NCBI GenBank assembly: GCA_021324735.1
Contig: JAJPIO010000009.1
Location: 659,341 to 723,340 of the forward strand
DNA from: Bacteroidota bacterium
GTDB lineage: Bacteria > Bacteroidota > Ignavibacteria > Palsa-1295
DNA length: 64,000 nucleotides
Direction of reading: 5' to 3'
Shown: one piece after another, positions 1 through 7,347 of the stretch
Position numbering within the stretch: position 1 is the stretch's first letter
Layout of the letters: every line of letters starts with the position of its first letter
Notes under the pieces: generated by a model
What the model was told of the DNA's origin: nothing
Seen by the model: the letters and a program-made list of their open reading frames with translations, nothing else
Database searches by the model: none
Program-made: the position numbers and the translations under genes

Positions 1-1062
1 TGCTGCCGTTCTCTGCATTCGAACGAACACCTGGACCGGCACGGCGGAAGAATCCCGAAGAGAGTCGGGAAGATGATTGATGTAATTCGTATCGAGCGAA
101 ACGCGGGCAAGATCGAATACGCCGAGCTTATACAAACTTTGCTCGCTACGTCGCACTTCCGATAATTTATACCAGTGACCGCTATCGGTAAATAACTGCG
201 CCAGGATGACATCGTCATCCACTCGGCTTTTAGAGACCGATGTGGTATCGAAGACGACATACGGTGCACCATATCGGTAGCGATGTCCCGGATGAAAATA
301 AAAGGAAACGGTAACCGAGTGATATCCTTCAGTATGACTGACAACCGTAGTATCGGCTCGGACATTAGGGTATCCGTTCTCGACCAGAAAATTCGTGAGA
401 CGATTTACCTCATTATAAGCAGCGGCACGAGACCATCGCTCGCCGCTTTTGATCGTAACATTCTCCGTTAGTTGCGGTTGGAATTCATCCGGCAAATTTT
501 CCAATCCGGTGATGGCGATGCGTGAAATGGTATACGGATTTCCCTCGGAGATGCTGAATGTGACGGTGTCGCGTATTTTGGGAAGATCGTCCGAGCTTTT
601 GGATGGACCTCTCGCGAGGCGTTCTCGCCGGATGTAATCGTAATACGCACGTACATCTTCTTTATTGCGAGAAATACTGATCCTGCTTTTCGCATCGAGG
701 AAGCCGTTATCGCGGTAGTGTGAGTTCAGCCGTGCCGTATCAGCCGCGATGGCAGCCGGTTCAATAATATGAAAAGTATCTCCTAACGGTCTCGTTAAAA
801 AGAACGAATGCAGCATTCGGGGGAAGATCCCCGTGACCTTCGTCTGTACTACCGTTGCCAGTTCGTCGCTCGAAAGTTCGTGGTTACCGACGAAACGAAC
901 AGCGACGATCTCGTCGCCGGCATAATCGGCTAAGTCGCCTTCGGGCGGGCCGGTAACTTGTGCGTTGGCTTTCGGCAGATAAAACGCCGTGAGTATCACA
1001 GAGCACAATAGTGCTGCACGTAATACGGTCTTTCGCGTATATCCGGAGAGCAAAAGATTCAA
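1..1062 (-). CDS. BamA/TamA-family outer membrane protein, N-terminal POTRA part (3' end outside window)
   Basis: Open-ended, so absent from the ORF track. My manual minus-strand translation is stop-free from 1062 to 1. It gives (TTG)NLLLSGYTRKTVLRAALLCSVILTAFYLPKANAQ (signal peptide), then VRFVGNHELSSDELATVVQTK, FSISEGNPYTISRIAITGLENLPDEF and YKLGVFDLARVSLD, a POTRA-like repeat pattern. There is no ATG; TTG at 1062 or 1053 is the likely start. Confidence 0.55.
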   Translation of the reverse strand, partial: MNLLLSGYTRKTVLRAALLCSVILTAFYLPKANAQVTGPPEGDLADYAGDEIVAVRFVGNHELSSDELATVVQTKVTGIFPRMLHSFFLTRPLGDTFHIIEPAAIAADTARLNSHYRDNGFLDAKSRISISRNKEDVRAYYDYIRRERLARGPSKSSDDLPKIRDTVTFSISEGNPYTISRIAITGLENLPDEFQPQLTENVTIKSGERWSRAAAYNEVNRLTNFLVENGYPNVRADTTVVSHTEGYHSVTVSFYFHPGHRYRYGAPYVVFDTTSVSKSRVDDDVILAQLFTDSGHWYKLSEVRRSEQSLYKLGVFDLARVSLDTNYINHLPDSLRDSSAVPVQVFVRMQRTAA

Positions 1063-1313
1063 AGCCGATATAGGTGAGTTTTCGAGCTAATCTCCTCAAG
1101 CAACGAGCTTATCTCCTCAAGCAATATGCCGCTTGAGGTGGCGTGCACGTTTAGTTGATAGCAATTCCGCAATGAACGGATGAGTTCGTGCTGCTTTTAA
1201 CCGGAGAACCGGCCTCAAACGAGAAGCGCCGGTCCTCCATAAGCCAGATGGAGAAACGGCGCTAAAGACCTACGGGTTGCGCGAACCCGGTCGTTGGGCT
1301 CGCACTACGGATA

Positions 1314-1544
1314 TCAATACTCGTTTAATTCGTCGTCGTAATAGAACTCGTCGTCCTCGGGCGAATAATCCGGCCACACTTCACCGATCGATTCGAACTG
1401 CTCATCTTCATCCTCGATCTCTTCGAGATTGCGGATAACAGCGGGCGGTGCGCCGATGCGCTCGCAATAATCGATCAGTTCGGCCTTATTGGCCGGCCAG
1501 GGAGCGTCTTCGAGGTATTCTGCTAATTCTGATGTCCAAAGCAT
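1314..1544 (-). CDS. DUF2795-like small protein with hyper-acidic C-terminal tail
   Basis: ORF 1314..1589. MLWTSELAEYLEDAPWPANKAELIDYCERIGAPPAVIRNLEEI matches the DUF2795 pattern (L..L.g..fPa.K.eLi.yA...GA...V...L). The ATG at 1544 is preferred over the upstream TTG at 1589. Confidence 0.6.
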   Translation of the reverse strand: MLWTSELAEYLEDAPWPANKAELIDYCERIGAPPAVIRNLEEIEDEDEQFESIGEVWPDYSPEDDEFYYDDELNEY

Positions 1545-1696
1545 AGTACTACGTTCGTAGGAAAAACTTAAATTTTTAGAAACGGACAATCGCTTTCACG
1601 TCCGGGAATACCCATAATTGCTGCAGGGATGGGCTAAAAGCCATAAATTACGGGGCTCGGCATGTGATTTACTTTTAATGCCTTTTGGTTCCGATT

Positions 1697-1955
1697 CCCA
1701 GACCAGGATTTACAAGATTCGAAGGATTTTCAAGATCGACAGATTAGATCTTTCTACCAGTCACGATCATTGGTCCAATAATCCTAAAAATCAATCTTGT
1801 GAACCCAGACCAGGATTTACAAGATTCTAAAGATTTTCAAGATCGAAGGATAGAAATTTCTTCCAGTGCGATCATTGGTTGTCTTCACAATCCAATAATC
1901 CTTAAAAAAATCAATCCTGTTAATCCATCTAATCCGCGTAATCCAGGTTCTGGTC
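1697..1955. repeat. Tandem duplication (period 107 bp, copies start at 1697 and 1804) of an intergenic element built from phased GATT/AATC motifs
   Basis: cccagaccaggatttacaagattcNaaNgattttcaagatcga occurs at 1697 and again at 1804. Inside each copy GAT(T/C) recurs every 9 bp (aggatttac/aagattcga/aggattttc/aagatcgac). The right half carries the inverse motif (aataatcct..aaaatcaatc) and the region ends in aatccaggttctggtc, an inverted version of the start. Confidence 0.85.
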
Positions 1956-3172
1956 TAGTCGCGCAATCGTGGATCCAGCGCATCCCGCAAGCCATCACCG
2001 ACAAGATTGTAAGCGACGACAGCAAGAAAGATCGCGAAGCCCGGAAATACGGCAAGCCACCATGCGTGAATATCATTACGCGCATCGTTGAGTACACTAC
2101 CCCAGGTAACGACTGTTGGCGGTACACCAAAACCTAAGAAGGAGAGTCCCGCTTCGGTCAGGATAGCACCAGCGATACCAAACGCCGCAGTGACAAGCAC
2201 CGGCGCCAGCGAATTGGGCAACACATGCCGCAGCATTACACGGGTATTTTTGAATCCGAGCGCAGAGGCGGCAGTAACGAATTCCATATTTCGAATGCGA
2301 AGGAATTCGCCACGGGTATAGCGCGCGACCGTTGGCCAGCTTGTGAGGCCGATCAGCACCATAATAAGCCACACCGAGCCTTGCTGCACCATCGCGACGA
2401 TGGTAATGATCAGGAAGAAGACTGGCAGCGTCAGTACGACCTCGATCGCGCGAGAAATAATATTATCGACCCAACCGCCATAGAATCCTGCCAAGGCGCC
2501 TAAGATCACTCCGATCACAATAGCGAACGACATCGATACAAAGCCGATAGACAGTGCTATTCGTGAACCGTGGATCATTCCAGCCAGCACATCGCGCCCG
2601 ATACCATCGGTGCCAAGCAAGTGCTCGCCCGATGGAGGAGAAAGGGTATTGGTAAGGTCCTGGTCTGACTCCGAATACCGGATCGGTGGCCACACTGCGC
2701 TCGTTACATCGCCGGATTTCTCGATGTCTTTCCAATCGGCCATCACAAGGTCCTGTGACCAGCGGCTGATGTGCAGATCGGCAAGATATTGCTTGAAGAC
2801 AGGGAAGTAGACCGTGCCTTTATAAGTCGCATAGAGCGGTTTGTCGTTAGCCAGCACGTCTGCCAGTATCGCGATGCCGAACAGGAAGTATACGACGTAG
2901 AGCGCATAGATCGCCACGCGATTCTTTTTGTACTGATGTCGTACGAGCGACCAGAAGGTCTGTGTTACGGCCTTACGAGTTGCAGCGCGTTTAGCATCCT
3001 CCGAGTCTTCCAGGACCGACGGAATTTCCTCCGGCAGTGGCGCCGGCTGCGACGTCTGCTGATTGAGAATATACTCATGCCCGACCGCTACGCGATCCGG
3101 GAAATCCCCACGCTCGGCTGGTGTCTGCTCCACTTCCGTACCGTTACGATATTCGTTCGTTTTCTCTGCCAT
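1955..3172 (-). CDS. ABC transporter permease, oligopeptide/dipeptide OppC/DppC type
   Basis: 405-aa ORF. It has an N-terminal extension then GTDGIGRDVL...AGFYGGWVDNIISRAIEVVLTLP...EFVTAASALGFKNTRVMLRHVLPNSLAPVLV, the binding-protein-dependent permease EAA-loop pattern of the OppC family. Confidence 0.9.
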   Translation of the reverse strand: MAEKTNEYRNGTEVEQTPAERGDFPDRVAVGHEYILNQQTSQPAPLPEEIPSVLEDSEDAKRAATRKAVTQTFWSLVRHQYKKNRVAIYALYVVYFLFGIAILADVLANDKPLYATYKGTVYFPVFKQYLADLHISRWSQDLVMADWKDIEKSGDVTSAVWPPIRYSESDQDLTNTLSPPSGEHLLGTDGIGRDVLAGMIHGSRIALSIGFVSMSFAIVIGVILGALAGFYGGWVDNIISRAIEVVLTLPVFFLIITIVAMVQQGSVWLIMVLIGLTSWPTVARYTRGEFLRIRNMEFVTAASALGFKNTRVMLRHVLPNSLAPVLVTAAFGIAGAILTEAGLSFLGFGVPPTVVTWGSVLNDARNDIHAWWLAVFPGFAIFLAVVAYNLVGDGLRDALDPRLRD

Positions 3173-3190
3173 TGTCTTGAAGAGGAGTTC

Positions 3191-4300
3191 TTAAGAGGAC
3201 TTTCTGGTGAATGCAATTCTCGGATCGACGACCGAGTATAGGATATCGCTAAGTAAAATACCGAGCAATGTCAGCACGGCGGAGATCGTAAATACAGCGA
3301 GAATAACAGGGTAATCGCGCGAGGTCAATGCATTGAACTCTAAGAGGCCAAGGCCAGGTATCGTAAAGATCGATTCCAGAATGATCGAGCCGCTGATAAG
3401 CGCCGGAAGCAAGCCGCCCATGATCGTAACGATCGGGATGAGCGAATTACGAAGCGCGTGCTTGTATACGACGATCTTTTCCGCGAGCCCTTTAGCGCGA
3501 GCGGTACGAATGTAATCCTGACGGATAACTTCGAGCATCGAGCCGCGCATCTGTCGCGAAAGATAGGCTAACGAGCCATACGTATAGCAGATAAGCGGTA
3601 GCACAAGGTGCCACATCAGGTCGGTGAAATTCTGCCAGCTTGAAGGGAACGGGTAGTCATTACCGTGCAAACCGCTATTTGGAAACCACGCCAGAAAATC
3701 GCCGCCGCCAAAGAAGATGATCATCATTGTGGCGATCCAGAAGGAGGGAAGCGAGTAAAGGACGAACAGGGTGGTCGATACTGATTTATCGATCTTACTA
3801 TTTTGACGCGATTTGGCCGCCGAATAAATTCCTATGGGTATCGCAATGACAAACGCTAATAAGATCGAGACAATGGAAAGGAACGCTGTGATGGGCAAGC
3901 GTTCCATTATTTTATCGATAACGGGCCGCTGGTCCTGGAAGGAGACGCCGAAATCGAGATGAAGCAGGTCGGACATCCAGAGATGATACTGGTTGTTGGT
4001 CCCATTCCACTTAAAGGTCAGGCGTTCGGAAAGCGGTTTTAGCTGGCCATCCGGCGTTTTCTCATCGTTAAAGAGCGTCCAGTACCAAACTGGCTTATCC
4101 AGGTGCCACTGGGCGCGGATCTGGTTAATGATCTGCTCGTTGAGCTGCTGGTTACCACGCTGGGAGCCTTCGCCGCCCATGCCGGCCTTGAGCTCGGCCG
4201 GATCGCCCGGGGCCATGCGTGAAATGCCAAAACTGATTACCGTGATGAGAAATAGCGTCGGTAAAAACAGGAGGACGCGCCGAACGATGTACTGGAACAC
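3191..4300 (-). CDS. ABC transporter permease, OppB/DppB type
   Basis: 369-aa ORF. MFQYIVRRVLLFLPTLFLITVISFGISRMAPGDP is the typical OppB N-terminus, and QDYIRTARAKGLAEKIVVYKHALRNSLIPIVT is the EAA motif. It lies 19 bp upstream of the OppC-type gene on the same strand. Confidence 0.9.
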   Translation of the reverse strand: MFQYIVRRVLLFLPTLFLITVISFGISRMAPGDPAELKAGMGGEGSQRGNQQLNEQIINQIRAQWHLDKPVWYWTLFNDEKTPDGQLKPLSERLTFKWNGTNNQYHLWMSDLLHLDFGVSFQDQRPVIDKIMERLPITAFLSIVSILLAFVIAIPIGIYSAAKSRQNSKIDKSVSTTLFVLYSLPSFWIATMMIIFFGGGDFLAWFPNSGLHGNDYPFPSSWQNFTDLMWHLVLPLICYTYGSLAYLSRQMRGSMLEVIRQDYIRTARAKGLAEKIVVYKHALRNSLIPIVTIMGGLLPALISGSIILESIFTIPGLGLLEFNALTSRDYPVILAVFTISAVLTLLGILLSDILYSVVDPRIAFTRKSS

Positions 4301-4317
4301 TCTTTTTAGTCCTAAGT

Positions 4318-4547
4318 CCTTAGTGCTGAGTCCTAAGTAAAAAGAAAAGGGGTTGCCTTATCTCTATAAATAGCCAGTGCTAAGCTATTTTCGATACCCT
4401 TTCGGTTCCCACCAAAAGAGGGAATACGTCTAAAGTGCGGAGTCCTGAGTTCTAAGTGCTGAGTCCTGAGTCCTGAGTACTAAGTCCTGAGTCCTGAGTC
4501 CTGAGTCCTGAGTGCTGAGTCCTGAGTCCTAAGTGCTAAGTGCTAGT
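4318..4547. repeat. Heptamer tandem-repeat arrays T[CG]CT[GA]AG (4 units at 4318-4348; about 16 units at 4436-4546)
   Basis: Read directly: tgcggag tcctgag ttctaag tgctgag tcctgag tcctgag tactaag tcctgag x4 tgctgag tcctgag tcctaag tgctaag tgctag. The TGA/TAG inside the units blocks plus-strand coding. Confidence 0.95.
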
Positions 4548-4580
4548 CTTAAACGGTAAGTTTGTGATTTTAGGACGCCA

Positions 4581-4952
4581 TTATTTTTCCCAGTTTCCGA
4601 TACTGCTTCTAAGACCGTTTATAATGCGTCCGACTTCTTCTGCAAAATCGCGAAGACGAGTAAATTCCTCTTGGTCTAGGTAACCGACATCGAGAGCAGC
4701 ATAGAGCTGAGATCGCACTTCACCACAAGAACCTTTGGCTACTGATAAAAACTGATGGAATTCTGCCGGTCTATTCCGTTCAAATCCCTCAGCAATATTG
4801 GACATTGCTGATAAAGCAGCGGCTTGAATCTGGCGAGCAAAGCGATAATCTTTGGCAAATTCTCGCTTTCGTGTAATTGTGTAAATGGCATTATTTAAGT
4901 CCCGTGCCTTTTGCCAGGCCACAAGTTCTTCAAACTTTTGTACTTTCGCCAT
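4581..4952 (-). CDS. Four-helix-bundle protein (23S rRNA intervening-sequence protein / Avd-like family)
   Basis: 123 aa. [21 protein letters not shown]...[22 protein letters not shown]....[29 protein letters not shown] matches the TIGR02436/PF05635 signature (W.ka..l...iy.....fp..e...l..Qi.rAa.Si..NIAEG..r.s..ef..fl.iA.GS..E....l). Confidence 0.85.
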   Translation of the reverse strand: MAKVQKFEELVAWQKARDLNNAIYTITRKREFAKDYRFARQIQAAALSAMSNIAEGFERNRPAEFHQFLSVAKGSCGEVRSQLYAALDVGYLDQEEFTRLRDFAEEVGRIINGLRSSIGNWEK

Positions 4953-4990
4953 AATGGCAAAAATACAAAGAATGAAATTCTCTCTCCCGA

Positions 4991-5037
4991 CTCAAGACTC
5001 AGGACTTAGGACTTAGGACTCAGGACTTAGCTCAGCA
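4991..5037. repeat. Heptamer array in inverse orientation (CT[CT]AG[GC]A, 6-7 units)
   Basis: ctcaaga ctcagga cttagga cttagga ctcagga cttagc tcagcac is the reverse complement of the 4436-4546 units. It overlaps the stop codon and last codons of the response-regulator gene. Confidence 0.9.
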
Positions 5038-5369
5038 CTTTCTATAATGGCCACCAGATCGTCCGTCTTATACGGCTTTGGCAAAAAAGCGGCAAAGCCT
5101 CGGGAAATTGCTTCGGCCTTATCCGCTTCCGATACAAACCCGCTCATAGCGATGGCCTTTATCGGTTGAGGAATTTCAGCGAGGACATCGTAGCCAGAGC
5201 CATCGGGAAGGCGAAGATCGCTTAAGAGGACGTCGTATTTATTGACAGATAGAAGATGCGTAGCATCGGCGACGCATTCGGCGGTGTCGACCGAGTAGCC
5301 GCGAAGTTCGAGCAATACTTTCGCGGCGCGTGCCGTGGTGGCGTTGTCTTCAACGAAGAGGATTCTCAC
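5013..5369 (-). CDS. Stand-alone response regulator receiver (CheY-like) protein
   Basis: 118 aa. MRILFVEDN...DVLLSDLRLPDGSGYDVL...AMSGF...FLPKPY carries the acidic pocket, phospho-acceptor Asp and conserved Lys of REC domains. There is no output domain. Confidence 0.9.
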   Translation of the reverse strand: MRILFVEDNATTARAAKVLLELRGYSVDTAECVADATHLLSVNKYDVLLSDLRLPDGSGYDVLAEIPQPIKAIAMSGFVSEADKAEAISRGFAAFLPKPYKTDDLVAIIESAELSPES

Positions 5370-5429
5370 GTGTTGGCCTTGTCCATAAGTATCGGCGGAC
5401 TGCGTCGGCGATCGGACGTTCCCACCGCG

Positions 5430-7340
5430 CTACTCACGGGACAAAACAAACCGGTTCGAGGAAACGCTCGACCCGACCGTAAGGCGCACAAAGTATACAC
5501 CGCTGGCAAGACCGTGAATGTCGAGCGATGCCTGGGGCTGATCGGCAGAAATTTCGGTCGCGCAGATCTTGCGGCCCAATAGATCGTACAGGGCCACGTC
5601 ACCTCGGGACGTACCACTACTCGGTCCATGGATCCCATGGATCCCAACTTGCAAATTATCACCAGAAGCGCGCACCCAGTCGATACCTATCGTATAGGTC
5701 GGTCCATCCTGCCCGACCGCCTCTACGCCTAATACCTTCACAGCCCAATGCTGGTCCTCGTTATCCGAGATGCACGGCGAGATCGTTTGCGTACCCGCTT
5801 TTAAGCTGAGCGAGGGTAGTGTAACATTACTCGCTGTTAACTGCACATTGTTCGGCATAAAGATAGCCGTGCCAAGGTTGAGCGGAGTCGTCGGCGAAGA
5901 CGATACATTGTGGATCGTGAAATCGACCGAGTTGCCGTTCACCGTAAGTCCCCGCAGGGACCAGCCCGAGGGTGGCATATAATCTGAGAAGGTGACTATG
6001 GAAGAATCCCACGCGTACGTTGCAGAAACATCGTGCAGTGTCGGCCAGAGCGAATCGATGTTGAGCGTGGGTCGTACATCGAGCAGCAATTGCAGCGAAT
6101 CCGGATGCCCGAAGAAGGATGAAGCGATTTCGCGATGAAGGGAGGCGGAGCCGCCTATACGATCTTGTCGAACACCTAAATCGAGTGACTCGGCAGTATT
6201 AACGACTCCGTCTTTTTTCGAAGCTCCTCCGAATACATATACTACTAGCTGTGAAGCGCATTCAGTAATGGGTTGCCTTGAGAGAACAGCTCCAAAATTT
6301 GCTCTTGAGTCAAGCATTCTTGGTCCCTGTGTTGTCTGCTGTTCTCGCACGAAATACCAATTTGTGGAATCGAAAATATTTACATTAATGCCTGGGTCAT
6401 TGTCTCCACCTATGGCAAGAATAGAATCTGCTCCTATTAAAACTCCGCAGCCGTGCCATCGCTTCGAAGTCAAGCTGCCAACAGACTCCCAAATTGTATA
6501 AGGAGGACGAATTACCTCAATAGCATCGGTTGAAGTATAAGGGCCGGTTCTTCCGCCGACGACGACAATGGATTGATCGGGTAACTGCACGTTATATCCT
6601 CCGTCATGGGAATCGTTGGAGTTTGGTCCATCAATCCAATTGTCTGTCGCAATATCATACTCCTGAAGCAACGGTGGGTACGTTCCTCCAAGACCATTAT
6701 AACTTCCACCTTGAACCAGAATTCGATTCTGTACTGTATCCTGAAAAACAAATGGGCCAAACACTGCAGTATTCATTGGTGCGAGTAAGGTATGCGAATC
6801 CGTTTTAGGGTCGTAATATTCTGCACTGTTTAGATACACTGGAATATTAGCATCCAGCCCTCCACATATAAAAACTTTGCCATTAGGCAATTGAAATAAT
6901 GGGAAATTCTCACGACGGTCAAGCATAGGCGAGACCTGTGTCCAGCTTCCGGTTGAAGGATTGTATAATTCACAATTTTGCGATGTCGAGACGCCCATGT
7001 CGGTTAAGCCACCTGCCGCCATGATCCGACCATCTTGTAACATTATCATCGGAAAGCGGTACCTGGCTTCATGCATGGAACCGGTCATTGTCCATGTGTT
7101 CGTCTTTGGATCATAAATCTCGCAACTCGATAAAACTTGTGAGCCGTCGTTGCCGCCAGCGACGAGGACTCGACCGTCCGGCAGAGCCACAGCGCTTAAC
7201 TCAGTACGCCGAAAGTGCATCGGAGCTACATATTGCCAAGACTGGGCAAGAGCATCATCGATGGCTGCAACGGAGAGAAGTAGAACCGAAAGGTAAAAAA
7301 GTACCTTACGAAGTAGAGAGCGATATTCCATTTTTCTCAA
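5430..7340 (-). CDS. Kelch-repeat beta-propeller protein with T9SS C-terminal sorting domain
   Basis: 636 aa. Signal peptide (LLLSVAAIDDALAQ). Repeated Kelch units (GRVLVAGGNDG...CEIYDPKTNTWT; GRIMAAGG...CELYNPSTGSWT; GKVFICGG...AEYYDPKTDSHT). The C-terminus ALYDLLGRKI...LASGVYFVRLTVGSSVSSNRFVL looks like a Por secretion tail. Confidence 0.8.
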   Translation of the reverse strand: MRKMEYRSLLRKVLFYLSVLLLSVAAIDDALAQSWQYVAPMHFRRTELSAVALPDGRVLVAGGNDGSQVLSSCEIYDPKTNTWTMTGSMHEARYRFPMIMLQDGRIMAAGGLTDMGVSTSQNCELYNPSTGSWTQVSPMLDRRENFPLFQLPNGKVFICGGLDANIPVYLNSAEYYDPKTDSHTLLAPMNTAVFGPFVFQDTVQNRILVQGGSYNGLGGTYPPLLQEYDIATDNWIDGPNSNDSHDGGYNVQLPDQSIVVVGGRTGPYTSTDAIEVIRPPYTIWESVGSLTSKRWHGCGVLIGADSILAIGGDNDPGINVNIFDSTNWYFVREQQTTQGPRMLDSRANFGAVLSRQPITECASQLVVYVFGGASKKDGVVNTAESLDLGVRQDRIGGSASLHREIASSFFGHPDSLQLLLDVRPTLNIDSLWPTLHDVSATYAWDSSIVTFSDYMPPSGWSLRGLTVNGNSVDFTIHNVSSSPTTPLNLGTAIFMPNNVQLTASNVTLPSLSLKAGTQTISPCISDNEDQHWAVKVLGVEAVGQDGPTYTIGIDWVRASGDNLQVGIHGIHGPSSGTSRGDVALYDLLGRKICATEISADQPQASLDIHGLASGVYFVRLTVGSSVSSNRFVLSRE

Positions 7341-7347
7341 TCCTGTT

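Noticed and set aside
1618-2137. ORFs 1618..1830 and 1799..2137 spanning the GATT repeat
   Set aside because: Their sequences merely translate the tandem repeat (IYKIRRIFKIDR / DLQDSKDFQDRR). The second ORF also runs antisense into the OppC-type gene. There is no signal or domain.
1955-4300. The permease pair as an incomplete or degraded ABC transporter
   Set aside because: Both ORFs are intact with conserved EAA loops. ATPase and binding-protein genes are commonly encoded elsewhere in such genomes, and absence from a 64-kb window is not evidence of decay.
4436-4546. The heptamer array, or the 107-bp tandem at 1697-1955, as a CRISPR array
   Set aside because: The units are 7 bp with no spacers, and in the other case there are only two 107-bp copies with no unique spacers. 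No cas genes are present.
4581-4952. The four-helix-bundle (Avd-like) gene as a marker of a diversity-generating retroelement
   Set aside because: No reverse-transcriptase ORF occurs anywhere in the window. I found no template/variable repeat pair near the gene. The flanking genes (REC domain, ABC permease) are not typical DGR targets.
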